The notes beneath the pieces are model-generated. The model saw only the letters and a program-made list of their open reading frames with translations, ran no database searches and had not been told where the DNA came from. From contig OX597823.1 in the NCBI GenBank assembly GCA_951406725.2, forward strand, positions 111,910,001 through 111,974,000: a stretch of DNA of 64,000 nucleotides. The letters run 5' to 3'. The position numbers and the translations under genes are program-made. Shown in pieces: positions 1-13,519 of this stretch; the first letter of the stretch is position 1; each line of letters opens with the position of its first letter. This DNA comes from Octopus vulgaris (Eukaryota).

Positions 1-203
1 AAGCCCCACGAGGCTCCGGCAGGGGAGGGCGATCCCTGCTGTACTCTTTTGCCACAACTTTCTCTCACTCTTTCTTCTTTTGGCCTGCTCGCTTAGCCAG
101 TGGGGTGGCGTCATTTGAAGGCTAAAACAATGCGAAGCACATTGTGACCAGCGATGCTTAGCAACATCTGATAGCCTGGTCGGTCACGGAGATCACAGTG
201 ATA
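1..203 (+). mobile_element. tRNA-derived SINE family B, body and 3' part (truncated by window edge)
   Basis: Matches reverse complement of 52741-52800 (ccacgaggctccggcagggg...gatccctgctgtactcttt) and 52965-53085 (ttggcctgctcgcttagcc...ggtcggtcacgg). Confidence 0.85.
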
Positions 204-387
204 TACATATATACATACACACACATACACACTTATATATATTGTTTAGTCATAATGATACTAACAACATGGTGTTAGAAGTCAATACACCTATGCTCTG
301 AGTGCACAGTATCTTATGGCAGAAACAGCTGTAAGCTAATGAATTACATAATCTGTTCCATTGTCATTTATAAAATTTCATATATAC

Positions 388-567
388 ACTCTTTTATTCT
401 TTTATTTTTTATTTGTTTCAGTCATTTGACTGCCATCATGCTGGTGCACCATCTCAAAGGGTTTTAGTCGAACAAATCAAACCCTAGGACTTATTTTATT
501 TTTGTAGCTTTGTACTTATTTTATCAATCACTTTCGCTGAACTGCTAAGTTACAGGGATGTAAACAC
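388..567 (-). mobile_element. SINE family A, 3' half
   Basis: Reverse complement of family A tail (tttcagtcatttgactg..catgctgg); abuts a plus-strand copy. Confidence 0.85.
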
Positions 568-910
568 TGCATGGCACCTTAGGCAAGTGTTCTCTAATAT
601 AGCCTCTGGCTAACCAAAGCCTGGTGAGTGGATTTGGTAGGTGGAAACTGAAAGAAGCCAGTCGTATGTGTGTGTGTGCATGTGCGTTTCTGCCTGTGTT
701 TGTCACTCTATTACCACTTCACAACCGATGTTAGTGTGTTTATATCCTCATAACTTAGGAGTTCAGCAAGAGAGACTGATAGAATAAGTGCTAGGCTTTA
801 AAAATAATAAGTCCTGGAGTCAATTTGTTTGACTAAAACCCTTCAAGGCAGTGCTCCAGCATGGCCACAGTCAAATGACTGAAACTAGTAAAAGAATAAA
901 AAATAAAAGA
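568..910 (+). mobile_element. SINE family A, 5'-truncated
   Basis: ctgcatggcaccttaggcaagtg...gtgctccagcatggccacagtcaaatgactgaaac plus A-rich tail. Confidence 0.9.
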
Positions 911-968
911 ATATATATACATATATGTATATGTATGTATATGTATGTATTTATATATATGTATATAT

Positions 969-1004
<36 letters not shown>

Positions 1005-2289
1005 ACATACACACATATAGAAAAAAGGGAGAGAAAGAGAGAGAGACTCGGGAGACAGAGAAGATAAGGAACAAGCTTGGCTAATCAGAAAATATGAGAC
1101 GTTTATAGCTATCACTATAGATTGTCCACTCTTGTTTTCATCCACCACCACCAGCCACCAGCCACCACCACCAATCAACATCTTGTCTACAACCAGGCAG
1201 CACCTCCATCAACACACAGTCATTTACATCTCCTTCATCACAGCAGCAGCAGCAGCAGCAGCAGTAGCAGCAGCAGCAGCTTTCTCTTCATCTGACTGTC
1301 CATAAAAAGTCCATCAATTGAAGATAAAAACACAACTGAAAAGCTTGTGAAACCCTTAGATTTTCACACAGAATTACAACTTCTTTCCGACAACATATTG
1401 AGGATGATAAATGCCATTCTGAAAGTGGAAGAAGGAAATAAAGAAAGAGAGAAATTTTGAAGGAGACTCTTGAATAAAAGTTGGTAAACTTACCTAACTT
1501 TGCTTGGAAAGTTCAGCTCCCTTTTTCAAATGGTTGTTTTTCTCAACAACCCTTAGAAAATGTGGTTTTGTGAAATATTGTAAACTTTGCATTTTGGCTT
1601 TCTGAAAACATGTTAGATATGATACAATGTCTCATAAGATGACAGTTGGAATGTCTTGGGTTTAAAGTGGGAGTGAGAGATAGAGAGAGAAATAGGGGAA
1701 TGTGTGAGTGTGTATTTACGTGTTGGTATATATGTGTAAGTGTGAGTATATATTACATGGATGTTTTTGTATACATTATATAGACAATTCGATGAGAAAT
1801 ATCTACATAAAAGACATGAATGACTTGTTTAAAGAGAAACAAAGAGAGAGAAGAAGTGATGAGTGAAACAGGAAAACAGAATGGAAGAAAGCGTGAGAGA
1901 AAGACATAAGACAATGTCTTGTATCTATGTGCCTATGTACGCGTGAGTATGTGTGTGGTGTTCATGCAGTGCCTGTGTGTCTGTATGGATCCTGTTAGCT
2001 TTTCAGCAATGCTTGAATCTATTTGTATGCCCGAGTTTAATTGTATATGTGTGTGTGTGTGTGTGTGCATTTGTATGTATGTGTGTGTCCGTGAATGTCT
2101 ATTTTTAAGCATACATGGGTGAGTTTTTCTGCTTATATTTTCTGTTGTTATTCAGCCTCAGTTTTGGTGAAAAGTAATACAATATATATACATACATACA
2201 TATATATATATATGTATATACATATATATATATACACATACATATATATACATACATATATATACATATATATACATACATATATATAC

Positions 2290-2363
<74 letters not shown>

Positions 2364-2454
2364 CTTTGAAAGTCCCTCCTAGCGTGTGGCATTTATGTAT
2401 AATAATGCCCTCTATATAATATAAAAATATATATATATATGTATATTATATATA

Positions 2455-2602
2455 TCCTGTTTTTTCTCACATTCCTTTCTGCTGAAAAGCATAGGCTCAA
2501 AACATAAAAGACTTTCTCACCTTCCCACACATTAAACAAATACACCTGTTTGTTGTTTATACACCTGTCTTTGTCTTTTTTTTATTTTTGTAAATTCCAA
2601 CT
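2455..2602 (+). mobile_element. Short hammerhead-bearing element in (TA)n, decayed copy
   Basis: 2475-2510 cttt-ctgctga-a-aagc-atag-gctc-aaaac-ata-aaag; homologous to 45690-45866 and 59740-59921. Confidence 0.7.
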
Positions 2603-2612
2603 ATATATATAT

Positions 2613-2665
<53 letters not shown>

Positions 2666-2724
2666 TACATATACAAATACATACATACCTACTACAAATA
2701 TGTATATATATATATATATATATA

Positions 2725-3434
2725 CAGGGTGTGACAGGTAAATTGTCGCCATTTTATATTTTTTATTTCACGCATGCACATCGTTTGTTTTTGATTTTGT
2801 TGACTACACAGGATAGTAGGGTCAGTTGGGCACCGTCTGTGGCAAAAACAGCTCCATTACACGATTCATTCTGCCAGAAATTTGGAAATGACATGCTCTA
2901 CTACTTGGCATTCATACTGGAAACACCGATATGAACATTTCAGAGTGCTTGGGTGTCAATATGAGAACAGTGCAATATGAGGACACTCATCTTCCCACAC
3001 AACCTCAGACTCAACATGGAGGGCTACATCGTGTTCCTGGAGGAGGTAGTGTTACTTGAAAGCCCTATGTCTGGCAACAGAACTCTGCATCATGCCACAC
3101 AAGCAGGAGAACCCAGTCATGGCTCACGGGCAATCTGTGCGACCACATCACCCCTAACATCTTGCCACCTAACTCCCCAGACTGCAAACTCCTTGACTAT
3201 TATGTGTGGGGCGCAATTGCACAGGAGACCAACAAAGCTCCTTGTATCACCAAAGATGAACTGAAGGCAATGATTATGGCAACATTTACCAACTTAAACA
3301 AGAAGACCATCCGGAAGAGTTGCAGGATATTGTGAAGTCATTTGGAGGCCATGGCTGAAGCCAGTGACGATTTTATTGAATAAATTTATTCTTTAGTATT
3401 TCAAGATATTTTTATGTAATTTCGGTAAATTACA
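2725..3434 (+). mobile_element. Tc1/mariner transposon remnant, DD37D/maT-like, internally deleted
   Basis: TA+CAGGGTG TIR-like start; in-frame WQQNSASCHTSRRTQSWL...PPNSPDCKLLDYYVWG with 37 residues between 2nd and 3rd catalytic positions; right end replaced by fold-back element. Confidence 0.85.
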
Positions 3435-4328
3435 GACTAATGGTTTCAGACTATATTTTAGCAAATAATATGATTTGCTAGGCAAAGTCTTCTTCAGCAG
3501 GTACACCTTAGATTAAACATATATACACGAGGCAATCCAGTATATGCCCCATGCTTATACATTCTAATTTTTCAAATCTACCATGCAAGTGCAGCTCCTT
3601 GTTGGCAATATATAAAAAATACCGGCTTTTCAATTCGAAAATTATCCAGAAAAAAATTATCAAAGGGTAATCAAAAATATTAGAAATTTCCATTACTAGT
3701 GGCCTAGTGTGTAAAAATTTAGTCAATGGACTATATATTATTCATATATATACAGTGTACATTTAAACATATAAGAGGCATCCATCATAGGACTCCTTGC
3801 ATGCTAGAGAGAACAGTTAAATTCCAAACCGCTATTAAGGATAATATTTCGAAGGAAATGAAAAATAAAAGCATTTATCATCTGGATAATTTTCAAATTG
3901 AAAAACCAGCATTTTTTATTTACTGCTGACAAGGAGCTGTGCTTGTGTGGTAGATTTAAAAACTTACAATGTATAAGCATGGGGTATATACTGGATTGCC
4001 TCATGTATATATGTTTAATCTAAGGTGTATCTGCTGAAGAAGACTTCGCTTAGCAAATTATTTTATTTGCTAAAAAAGTCTGAAACCATTGGTTCAGGAG
4101 TTAGATGGTAAATGTTTTTATTTTCCATTCCCTTCAAAATTTTATCCCTAATAGTGGTTTGGAATTTAACTGTTCTTTCTAGCGTGCAAGGTGTCCTATA
4201 ATGGATGCCTCTTATGTGTTTAAATGTACAGTGTATTTATATGAATAATATATAGTCCATTGACTAAATTTTTACACGCTAGGCCACTGGTAATGGAAAT
4301 ATCTAATATTTCTGATTACCCTTTGATA
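3435..4328. mobile_element. Hammerhead-bearing interleaved inverted repeat (A-B-A'-B'), PLE/retrozyme-like
   Basis: 3435-3650 is reverse complement of 3881-4094; 3655-3883 is reverse complement of 4103-4328; differences mostly transitions. Confidence 0.9.
4031..4097 (+). ncRNA. Type I hammerhead ribozyme motif with extended stem II
   Basis: ctg-CTGAAGA-agactt..ttagcaaat/atttgctaa..aagtct-GAAAC-cattg-GTT-cag; minus-strand twin ends GAAAC-catta-GTC at 3435. Confidence 0.75.
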
Positions 4329-4416
4329 TTATTAATTATTAATATATGTGTGTGTGTGTGTGTTTATATATATAAACACATATATATCTACTCATACATA
4401 CATACATACATATATA

Positions 4417-4482
<66 letters not shown>

Positions 4483-5168
4483 CATACATATATATATATA
4501 TACATAAAGTTTCCTTGTACAAAATCTCCATCACAGCTACAGAAGAAGGGACATGACCCAGGGTGTCATGTAGTGCATCAAACTTGATTGCCAAGCAAAC
4601 TTCTTAATGATACTGCTATGCTTGCACTTGTTTTTGCTGTTGCATCTGTCTCAAAATAAATTACCCTTGTTGAGGAAAAATTAACATTGAGTACAATATG
4701 AATTTTTTTCTGACATATGTGTCTATTTCCCAATAAATTAACCAATCTATTTTTCTGGAAATAAAATTTCAAAACAAAGTGACATTTGGTAATTATATAT
4801 ATGAGACTTATTTCTTTCCTTTGTATAAAATGACTAAAAGAATTAGCATAAGAAAGGGCATATGGGTGTACACCACTGCCTTAGAAACACTCGTCCAACC
4901 CATGCCAGCATAAAAATGTGAATGTAAAAATGACAATGATGATGATGTAGCTAATTTATGCATCTATAAGTAAGTGTTTGTGTGTGTGTATATGTGTGCA
5001 TATGTAAATGTATGTGTGTATATATATCGACACACACATACACACACATACACTCACACACACATGTATATGTGTGTGTATATATATAGACACACAGACA
5101 CACACATACACTCACACACATATATATGTGTGTGTATGTTTGTTTATATGTATAGCTAGATAGATAAG

Positions 5169-6350
5169 TTTCTTTATTGGCCACACAGGGTTGCACACAG
5201 ATGGGACAAGTTACAAGGTAGAGCTTTTCTTTTGGGGGATGAAAAAAACAAAAAACAAAAGAAAAAAAAGGGGGTGGCGTAGGTTTTCGATCAAGAGGGA
5301 TCGTAAAAGGGAAGAAAAGAACAAAAAAAAATTAAATAAATAAAATAAAAAATAAAAAGAATAAAAAGAAAAAAAAAAGAAAAGGAAAGGGAACAAAAGA
5401 AAAGAGAAATGAAAAAAGAAGAAAAAAGGGGAAAAAAAAGGGGAAGAGGAAAAAAAAGAACGATCAATAGGGATCGTGTATCACAGTGTTATGATATATG
5501 GTGTAAAGGGGAAAGCAAGTAAGGTTTATCCATGGGAAGAAAAGCCTACGAAAAGACCACGGTAACCTTGGTCAATATTGTTATATGTTACCACATTTGT
5601 TTGCAAGTGGGTAACCCTCTGTTTTCAATTTCTGGGTTCATAGGATTATGCTCAAGGTGGCTTCGTCATTCATACGTGCCATTCTTGCTACATTCACCCA
5701 TCTTTTTTTAAAACATTCGCTAGACAAAACTTGCCTCTCTACTCTCACTTTCCTTTTCAAGTGGTACTTGAAGAAGTTAATGAGAGATTGACCAGAGAGG
5801 AAAGTGTTTGTCTCCAATCCTTTCAGACGCGTCCACCAGATACATTCTTTCGCCATAACCACAAGGATGATGAAAATAGCTCTTCCTTCCCGTTTGAAGG
5901 AAGGAGGCGTGACAATATTGACGATGGACTCAGCTGATAAACCGACTCGTCCCACATGTGACAGCAGTTGTTCGACACAAGCCCACAGGTCAGAAATTGT
6001 TGGACACTGCACGAGTGCGTGCAGAACGGTTTCGTTGCTCTGACCACATCTCGGGCAGGTCGGCCCCGTGTTTCTCGAGCCGTGTCTGTAGAGCTTATCC
6101 CGAACAGGTAGCGCTCCTCGGTAACACTGCCAGGCCAGGGATCTCTGGAAGTTGTCCATGGGCCCTGGCCCGAAAGTCGTCCTGAACAGGCGGGTCAGGT
6201 ACTCCTCGTCGACGTCCAGGTTCGCCCCGAGCTCATCGTCGTACCTCTCCTCCACTAATCCCCTATAGAATGCTTTGGTTGTGTTGAAGTCACTCAAGGT
6301 CGACCCAGGACGGCAGAGTTGCTTGAGAGCAACGCGACACTCGCAGTGCC
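5169..6350 (-). mobile_element. Tx1-clade LINE, 5'-truncated (ORF2 C-terminus plus ~470-bp 3' UTR), inserted in (GATA)n
   Basis: zf-RVT-like peptide, T-rich 3' UTR ending aataaagaaa; GATA repeats at both junctions; 3' UTR nearly identical to 22469-22878. Confidence 0.9.
5638..6350 (-). pseudogene. LINE ORF2 C-terminal fragment (zf-RVT zinc-binding region)
   Basis: Uninterrupted frame LAWQCYRGALPVRDKLYRHG..CPRCGQSNETVLHALVQC..LW; the N-terminal part of the 414-aa ORF call is (TATC)n read-through. Confidence 0.85.
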
Positions 6351-6442
<92 letters not shown>

Positions 6443-6522
6443 GGATAGATAGATAGATAGATAGATGATAGATAGATGATAGATAGAAAGAAAGATAGAT
6501 AGATAGATAGATGGATAGATAA

Positions 6523-6580
<58 letters not shown>

Positions 6581-6663
6581 TGATAGATAGATAGATAGGT
6601 AGATAGATAGATAGATAGATAGATAGATTGATAGATAGATAGATAGATTGATAGATAGATAGG

Positions 6664-6713
<50 letters not shown>

Positions 6714-6722
6714 TAGATAGAT
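6351..6722. repeat. (GATA)n microsatellite
   Basis: Directly visible, ~370 bp. Confidence 0.98.
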
Positions 6723-7038
6723 AGGTGCTTAGACTTGTATAAATGTAATGATATGCACCTGATTCCATGTATGTGTAGAATAAAAAATACATGCACACAC
6801 ACAGCCAAACTGATATCAAATGGTTATTAGATACGCTGCTGGCTGGATTCCATCTAAGAAGTAAGCGTATAAACATACGCATGCCATAGAGACATGCACA
6901 AACTTACATAGATCTATGTCTGTCTATACACATGTAGCACACAAATGATTTCTTAGGAAGTTATAAAATTATGCACATAGAGGTATGTATTTAGATATGT
7001 GTGTTTATGTCTGTGTGTGCGTGTGTGTTTATGCATAC

Positions 7039-7086
<48 letters not shown>

Positions 7087-7093
7087 CTATATG

Positions 7094-7128
<35 letters not shown>

Positions 7129-7917
7129 TTAGATATGTGTATGTCTCTGTGTGTGTGTCTTTGAGTTTATGTATACGTGTGTATATATATATATATGTAT
7201 GTATGTGTAAATGTATATGTATATCTATATCTATCTATCAATATATGTGTGTGTGTGTGTGTATGTATTTAGATATGTGTATGTCTGTGTGTTTGTGTGT
7301 GTATTTGTGTTTATACACACACAAATGCATACTCATACATAAAGTCAGATGCACACATACACACACACATACAATTATTTACATGAATATTTTTCAAATA
7401 CGCATACCTTCACAAGCTCTACAGAATAATACACGACATACAAGCATGCCTAGAGAATCTATTATAAATTCACCTTTCCCTCTGATTCAATTCTCAAGAT
7501 TCTTTGAATTAACAGAACAGAACCGAATTCTTTGTCGTACCAATAATTACCAGGAACATAATCATTAAAATGTACATTTTACTTCCAGTTTTCCGTGTAT
7601 CAACTTCCCAGAATTCTTCAGGTTATGCTAATTTTTCTTACCGAAAATACCACCTGTCTCTTTAAAGTGTATATTATTTTGGTGAATACCATAATGAGAT
7701 GGAATATTTCCTTCATATCAGATTTCTACTGAGTTTCTTCAAAACTTATAAAAATATATCTAGACAGTACATCAAAATACTTTAATGGAATCTGAAGGTT
7801 TTCAGCTTGAAGTATTGCTTAGCAGAGGTGGATGTCATAGCGCAGAATACAACCCTGTAAATGGATGACAATTCACTCGCAGTACAAGAATGCAATTTTA
7901 TTGTCAGAAATGAACCG

Positions 7918-8764
7918 CTGTTGTTGTTGTTGTTGTTACGTTGCATCATTGTGGTGGTGGTGGTGGTGGTGGTGGTGGTGGTTGTATATTGTTATTGTTG
8001 TTGTCGTTATTGTTACTTTCTGTACAATCTCTTCATCTCAATCATCATCATCATCATTCATCAACATCATCTTCGTCGTTGTCATCATCATCGTCATCAT
8101 CATCATCATCATCACTACCTTCATCATCACAACCATCATTATCATTATCATCATCATCATCACAACCACCACCACTACCATTGCCACCATCATCACCACA
8201 ACCACCATCATCATCATTATCATCCTCATCATCATCATCCTCCTCCTCCTCCTCCTCCTCCTCATCATCATCATCATCATCATCATCATCACTACCATCA
8301 TCATCACAACTATCATTATCATCACAACCACCACCATCGCCACCATCATCACCATCACCATCAACATCATTATCATAATCATCCTCATCATCATCATCAT
8401 AATCATCCTCATCATCATCATCATCATCATCCACCTTGTCGTTATCATTGTCATCGTCATCGTTGCTGTCATTGTTGCCCCAGTCACCACTGCAACTGCT
8501 GCCATTGTCACCATCATCATCATTGTCATTATCACCATCATCACCATCATCATCCTACTCCTCCTCATCGTCCTCATCCTCCTCATCATCATCATCAACA
8601 TCATCACCTTTGTCATCTTTACCACACTCTCCTCCTTGTTATTACTATTATCATTAATATGCATACACACCCACCCACACACACAAACACAAACACAAAC
8701 ACAAACACACATGCTACAAACATGCACCAACATTTATACATTATGATGGATATTATTATTAATA

Positions 8765-8807
<43 letters not shown>

Positions 8808-8890
8808 TGCTCTATTCATTCTTGTCCTCTTCCTTCTTCTCCTCATTGTTGTTGTTGTTGTTACTAGTTGTAGTAGCAGTAGTAGTTCAT
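7918..8890. repeat. Compound trinucleotide low-complexity tract (TGT/TGG/CAT/CCT/ATT)
   Basis: Directly visible; yields spurious His/Ile/Ser/Asp-rich ORFs in many frames. Confidence 0.95.
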
Positions 8891-9037
8891 TTCATCTCTT
8901 TACATTATCAAATACCTTCATTGAAAAAAATGTGTAATACCTGAATCGTTTGATGCCTGCAGATTTATTTCAATTGTAATATTCACACACAGGCACACAT
9001 TTTCACTTCTACATACATAGAATATATACATATATGT

Positions 9038-9109
<72 letters not shown>

Positions 9110-9178
9110 TTACGTATGTATGTATGTATATATATATGTATATATATGTATATGTATATATATATATATGTATATGTA

Positions 9179-9265
<87 letters not shown>

Positions 9266-10286
9266 TCATACACATGCATACACTATATATGTAATATATA
9301 TATACATATATATGTATGTGTGTGTATGTGTGTGTGCATATGTATGTATGTATCTATACATATACATTTCTTGTTTTGGGATTCATGATCAAAAATAGGG
9401 TGGAATTGCGCAAAAAATTACACAGATCTGCAGAATGATCTGGTGGTGATGCTGGGCTTTGTATTTTTTCCATTGCTCCCATGGTTACAGAGATAATCTA
9501 CTATAATAATACTCTTTATGAATGAGAGAGGATGATGTTTATGAATGAGAAAGGAAGAGGTGATAGATGAGTAAGGAAGCAGGAGGCGATGTCATACTTG
9601 GTAGTGGGATGATGAAAATAATACGCTGAAAAAATAAATCAAACAACAGTTCAACTCTGTGTGAATATATGTGTGTGTATGTAAAAGCGGGATAAGTGAA
9701 TGTGAGTGTGTATGTGTGCATGTGTGTGTGTGTTTGTGTGAGTGTGTGCATGTGCAATGGAAGTGGGATTTTTGTGGAGTCTTTTTTTGTAGTGTTTCAG
9801 TTATTTGTTTTTCTGTTTCAGATGTGTTTTTTGTTTTGGTTTTTAAATTTTGTGTAATATTTTGCATTGATTTTGAGGTATTTAATGTTTTTCAGTTATT
9901 ATTTTTTGTTGTTTTTTGACCTTTGTAAATTTAAAAGATTTCTGACCTATTTTTTTATTTCTTTTACTTTTTGTTTTCTTTTGTATGTTCGTTTCTGTTG
10001 TGTTGCATATTTGGTTGGTTACTAAGTGGGCTTATTTTTTGATTTGGTTGAATCTTAGTTGGTTTTCTTTTTGTTGGTCTGTTCTTTTTACCGTTTTGAA
10101 AGAAAAAAAGTTATTCTAAAATTGTTTTTTAACGTAAGTGTGCCCAAACACATTGAATGCTTACACAGAGCAGGTTTTACAGTCACATCATCCAAACCGA
10201 ACCAGGTGAAACCAGGCTTAGCTGCTAGTATATATATTTTTATATAAAATATATATATATATGTATATATATTTGTATGTATGTAT

Positions 10287-10364
<78 letters not shown>

Positions 10365-10590
10365 CTTGAGGGAATATTATTCCTAACTTACAGGGAAAAT
10401 TTCAATTTTGAAATACTAAATCAAATTTCACAAAATATAATATATATATAAAAGTTAGAAAATTTACTTAATCATCGGTATATTATTGTGATTTTATTTT
10501 TTATATTTCTATTATATGTAATTTTCTAGATGGTGTAATTTTATTGTTCATTTTGAATTGATAAAAGGTGTTTTTTTTTAAATTTTTATT

Positions 10591-10657
<67 letters not shown>

Positions 10658-10665
10658 CTATGTAT

Positions 10666-10975
10666 ATCAAAATAAGCAACAAGGATATTCAGAGGTAATG
10701 CAGTACGATCGTTTCACGCAACTCTATTTAATTGAATAATTAAGCTGAAGTGAAGGCTGCATGTTCTATGTATATCTCCTTAACTCCTTGGAGATTTTAA
10801 ATAGAATTTTACTAATGCATCCACCTGTTTTAATTTAATTAAATTCTATGTCTTTGTGGAGCTGAGGATTATTCTACATTTAAATTGATGTAATAGTTGC
10901 ATTGTTCAATTAAATGGAGTTACATGAAACGATCATACTGCATTACCTCTGGATATCCTTGTTGCTTGTTTTGAT
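10666..10975. mobile_element. Fold-back element with ~75-bp arms and hammerhead motif
   Basis: 10666-10740 is reverse complement of 10901-10975; plus strand CTGAGGA (10862)...GAAAC-GATC-ATA-ctgca; left arm keeps GAAAC-GATC-GTA on minus strand. Confidence 0.75.
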
Positions 10976-11056
10976 TTAAATCACCTTATTTTGAAATTGT
11001 ATGGATAATACCGTACTAAATTCTAGTGCCTCAACTTAAGTACCATATTCATCTGA

Positions 11057-11151
<95 letters not shown>

Positions 11152-11237
11152 CATATGTATATACATACACACATGTATGTATATATGTGTGTGTGTGTGT
11201 GTGTAGAAGGTTGGAAAGGAACACACGAGTTGATATG

Positions 11238-11608
11238 TATAAGGAAAATAGGACAAGGTAGAAAATGCTAAAATGATTTTATCATGAAGAACATCTTAGT
11301 ACTGGTTTCAGTTTTTGCGACTTTTTTAAGCATGAAAAACTATAAAATTGTGGAAAAATTAAATGAAATGTTTTTAAAAATATTTCGATAGTTTCCAATA
11401 TTTCCATAGAAAAAAAACAGGAAAATGTCCCATGTATTTGAAAACTATGAAAATATTTTAAAAAACATTTAATTTAATTTTTCCACAACTTAATGGTTTT
11501 TCATGCTTTACTCCAAGTTGAAAAAGTTACAAAGACTGAAACCGGTACTAAAATGTTCTTCATTATAAAATCATTTTAGCATCTTCTACCTTGTCCTATT
11601 TTCCTTAT
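11238..11608. mobile_element. Fold-back element with ~165-bp arms and minimal hammerhead
   Basis: 11238-11400 is reverse complement of 11435-11608; 11516-11549 ag-TTGAAAA-agtt-acaaa-gact-GAAAC-cg-GTA-ct (other arm restores agtc/gact stem). Confidence 0.8.
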
Positions 11609-12721
11609 ATATATATATATATACACAAACACACATACATATATTATATATATGTATATGTATATGTGCTTGTATGTGAGTGTGTGTAGGCTCAGAACTG
11701 AAATTAAATGTTTCAGGATGTCACCGAACCATTCATTCTATGTCAATACTTGCTTAGGAGTAGTCACATGACAATCTCATTAGTATTTCAGTGAGTTGGG
11801 CTTTTCTCTGTTGTGAGCTCAAAACCAGTCATAGTCACAGATTAATGAGTTTATACAGGCTTAAACACTAATGATTACACCCAGAGCTACAGTTCTTTTC
11901 ACAGTGACAAAGATAGATAGAGAGATAAATAGAAAGGTGAGAAAGAGACAGACAAACAGAGACAGAGAGAGTAACAGATAAATAAACTAAGAGAAAGAGT
12001 GTAGGAGAGGAGAAAGAGAAAGATGATTGTTTTTATAAAGTATCTCCTTAAGATTTGTCATTTCTTGACTGATTTAAATCATTCTGTTTTATTTGGCCCT
12101 TGATGGTAAATGATAATCATAAGCATGTTTGTGTGTGACTGATTGCCATTATTATTTTGCATTTATTTCTTTGCTGGTACAAATTCGACAGAATATCAAA
12201 GTCTATGTCAATTCTTATTCAAAATTACTGCCATTCGCCTATTAAACTTTAAGAATACTAATCTTTATTTTTAAGTAGGTCTGAAAGATACTATAAACTA
12301 TCAGCTATTCTAATGATCCTTCTGAGTAGCTGAAAGAATTTTTTCATGTATATTCATACTGCTAACTCCTGTATATCTGCCAGATAAGATGATCTGCCTT
12401 CATTGTCAGTCTGTTTGGGATCCCACTACACCTCTTATAAGTCTTTAGATCACACTGGATTTACTCCATATAATTTCTACCTACTTTTCTACATAGCAAT
12501 ATGGCTATTTCCCTGATGGATGTAAGGAAATGGCCATAGTATTTCTTCTACTTAGTAAGGCATTAAACATTGAAAATTATAGTTTAGAAATCTCTCAACT
12601 CTGGGTTTTTACTTCCATCTAAATTTTCTACAGAAGTGCATATGGACAGCAAGATATAAACAAATCTGTTATGACTTTATGTACAAAAACAGGAGATAGG
12701 AAATGGTTCTTAAAGATCACT

Positions 12722-13110
12722 ATTTACTTACTCTTTTACTTGTTTCAGTCATTTGACTGTGGCCATGCTGGAGCACTGCCTTTAGTCGAGCAACTCGACC
12801 CTGGGACTTATTCTTTTGTAAGCCCAGTACTTATTCTATCGGTCTCTTTTGCCGAACCGCTAAGTGACGGGGACATAAACACACCAGCATCGGTTGTCAA
12901 GCAATGCTAGGGAGACAAACACACACGTATATATATATATACATATATACGACGGGCTTCTTTCAGTTTCCGTCTACCAAATCCACTCACAAGGCTTTGG
13001 TCGGCCCGAGGCTATAGTAGAAGACACCTACCCAAGGCGCCACACAGTGGGACTGAACCCAGAACCATGCGGTTGGTAGACAAGCTACTTACCACACAGC
13101 CACTCCCACT
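12722..13110 (-). mobile_element. SINE family A, full length
   Basis: Head ggagtggctgtgtggtaag, B-box-like ggttcagtccc, core cttggg(t/c)a(g/a)gtg, tail gaaacaagtaaaagagtaa on minus strand. Confidence 0.95.
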
Positions 13111-13519
13111 CCTTGCGAAATTTTTTGTTGAACTTATAATGGGAGACAAGGTTCACGATATCGGATGAATATCGCCTTCTCCCATTAAAATTGTTCTTTG
13201 TGTTGTTTCAGTCTCCAGCGGTTGAGGAAAGAAGTCTTAAGTAAAAATGCACTTCACAACCCGTTTATTTACAAGTTACACAGAATAGATGAAGTGTGTT
13301 TCTCTCAGTCTACCATCTCAAGCTGTGAGCGTCTCATTGTATCTCCGTTAACGTGGGCCCATTGCCTCTGGAGATACGACAAGCAGACAGGATTAGTGTG
13401 GAAACCCAGCCAGCGAAGTGTGTTCAGCAAGCGCTTGCAGTGAAGAAGAGATAGAATCTGCTTTGTTGGGCCCTTATTTCCAGTTTGCCATCGTGAGCCT
13501 TGTTGTGATCTTGCGCATG

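Noticed and set aside
6351-6882. N-terminal half of the 414-aa minus-strand ORF
   Set aside because: (TATC)n read-through giving YLSI repeats; only 5638-6350 is LINE coding sequence.
7861-8937. 358-aa His-rich ORF and overlapping ORFs
   Set aside because: Product of (CAT)n and related triplet repeats; open in several frames on both strands with no domain content.
12250-12620. Possible CR1/L2 RT remnant (IVFLLLSKAL)
   Set aside because: Single weak motif; too degenerate to call.
13132-13195. Small imperfect hairpin containing CGGATGA
   Set aside because: No correctly placed GAAA, so not a hammerhead as it stands.
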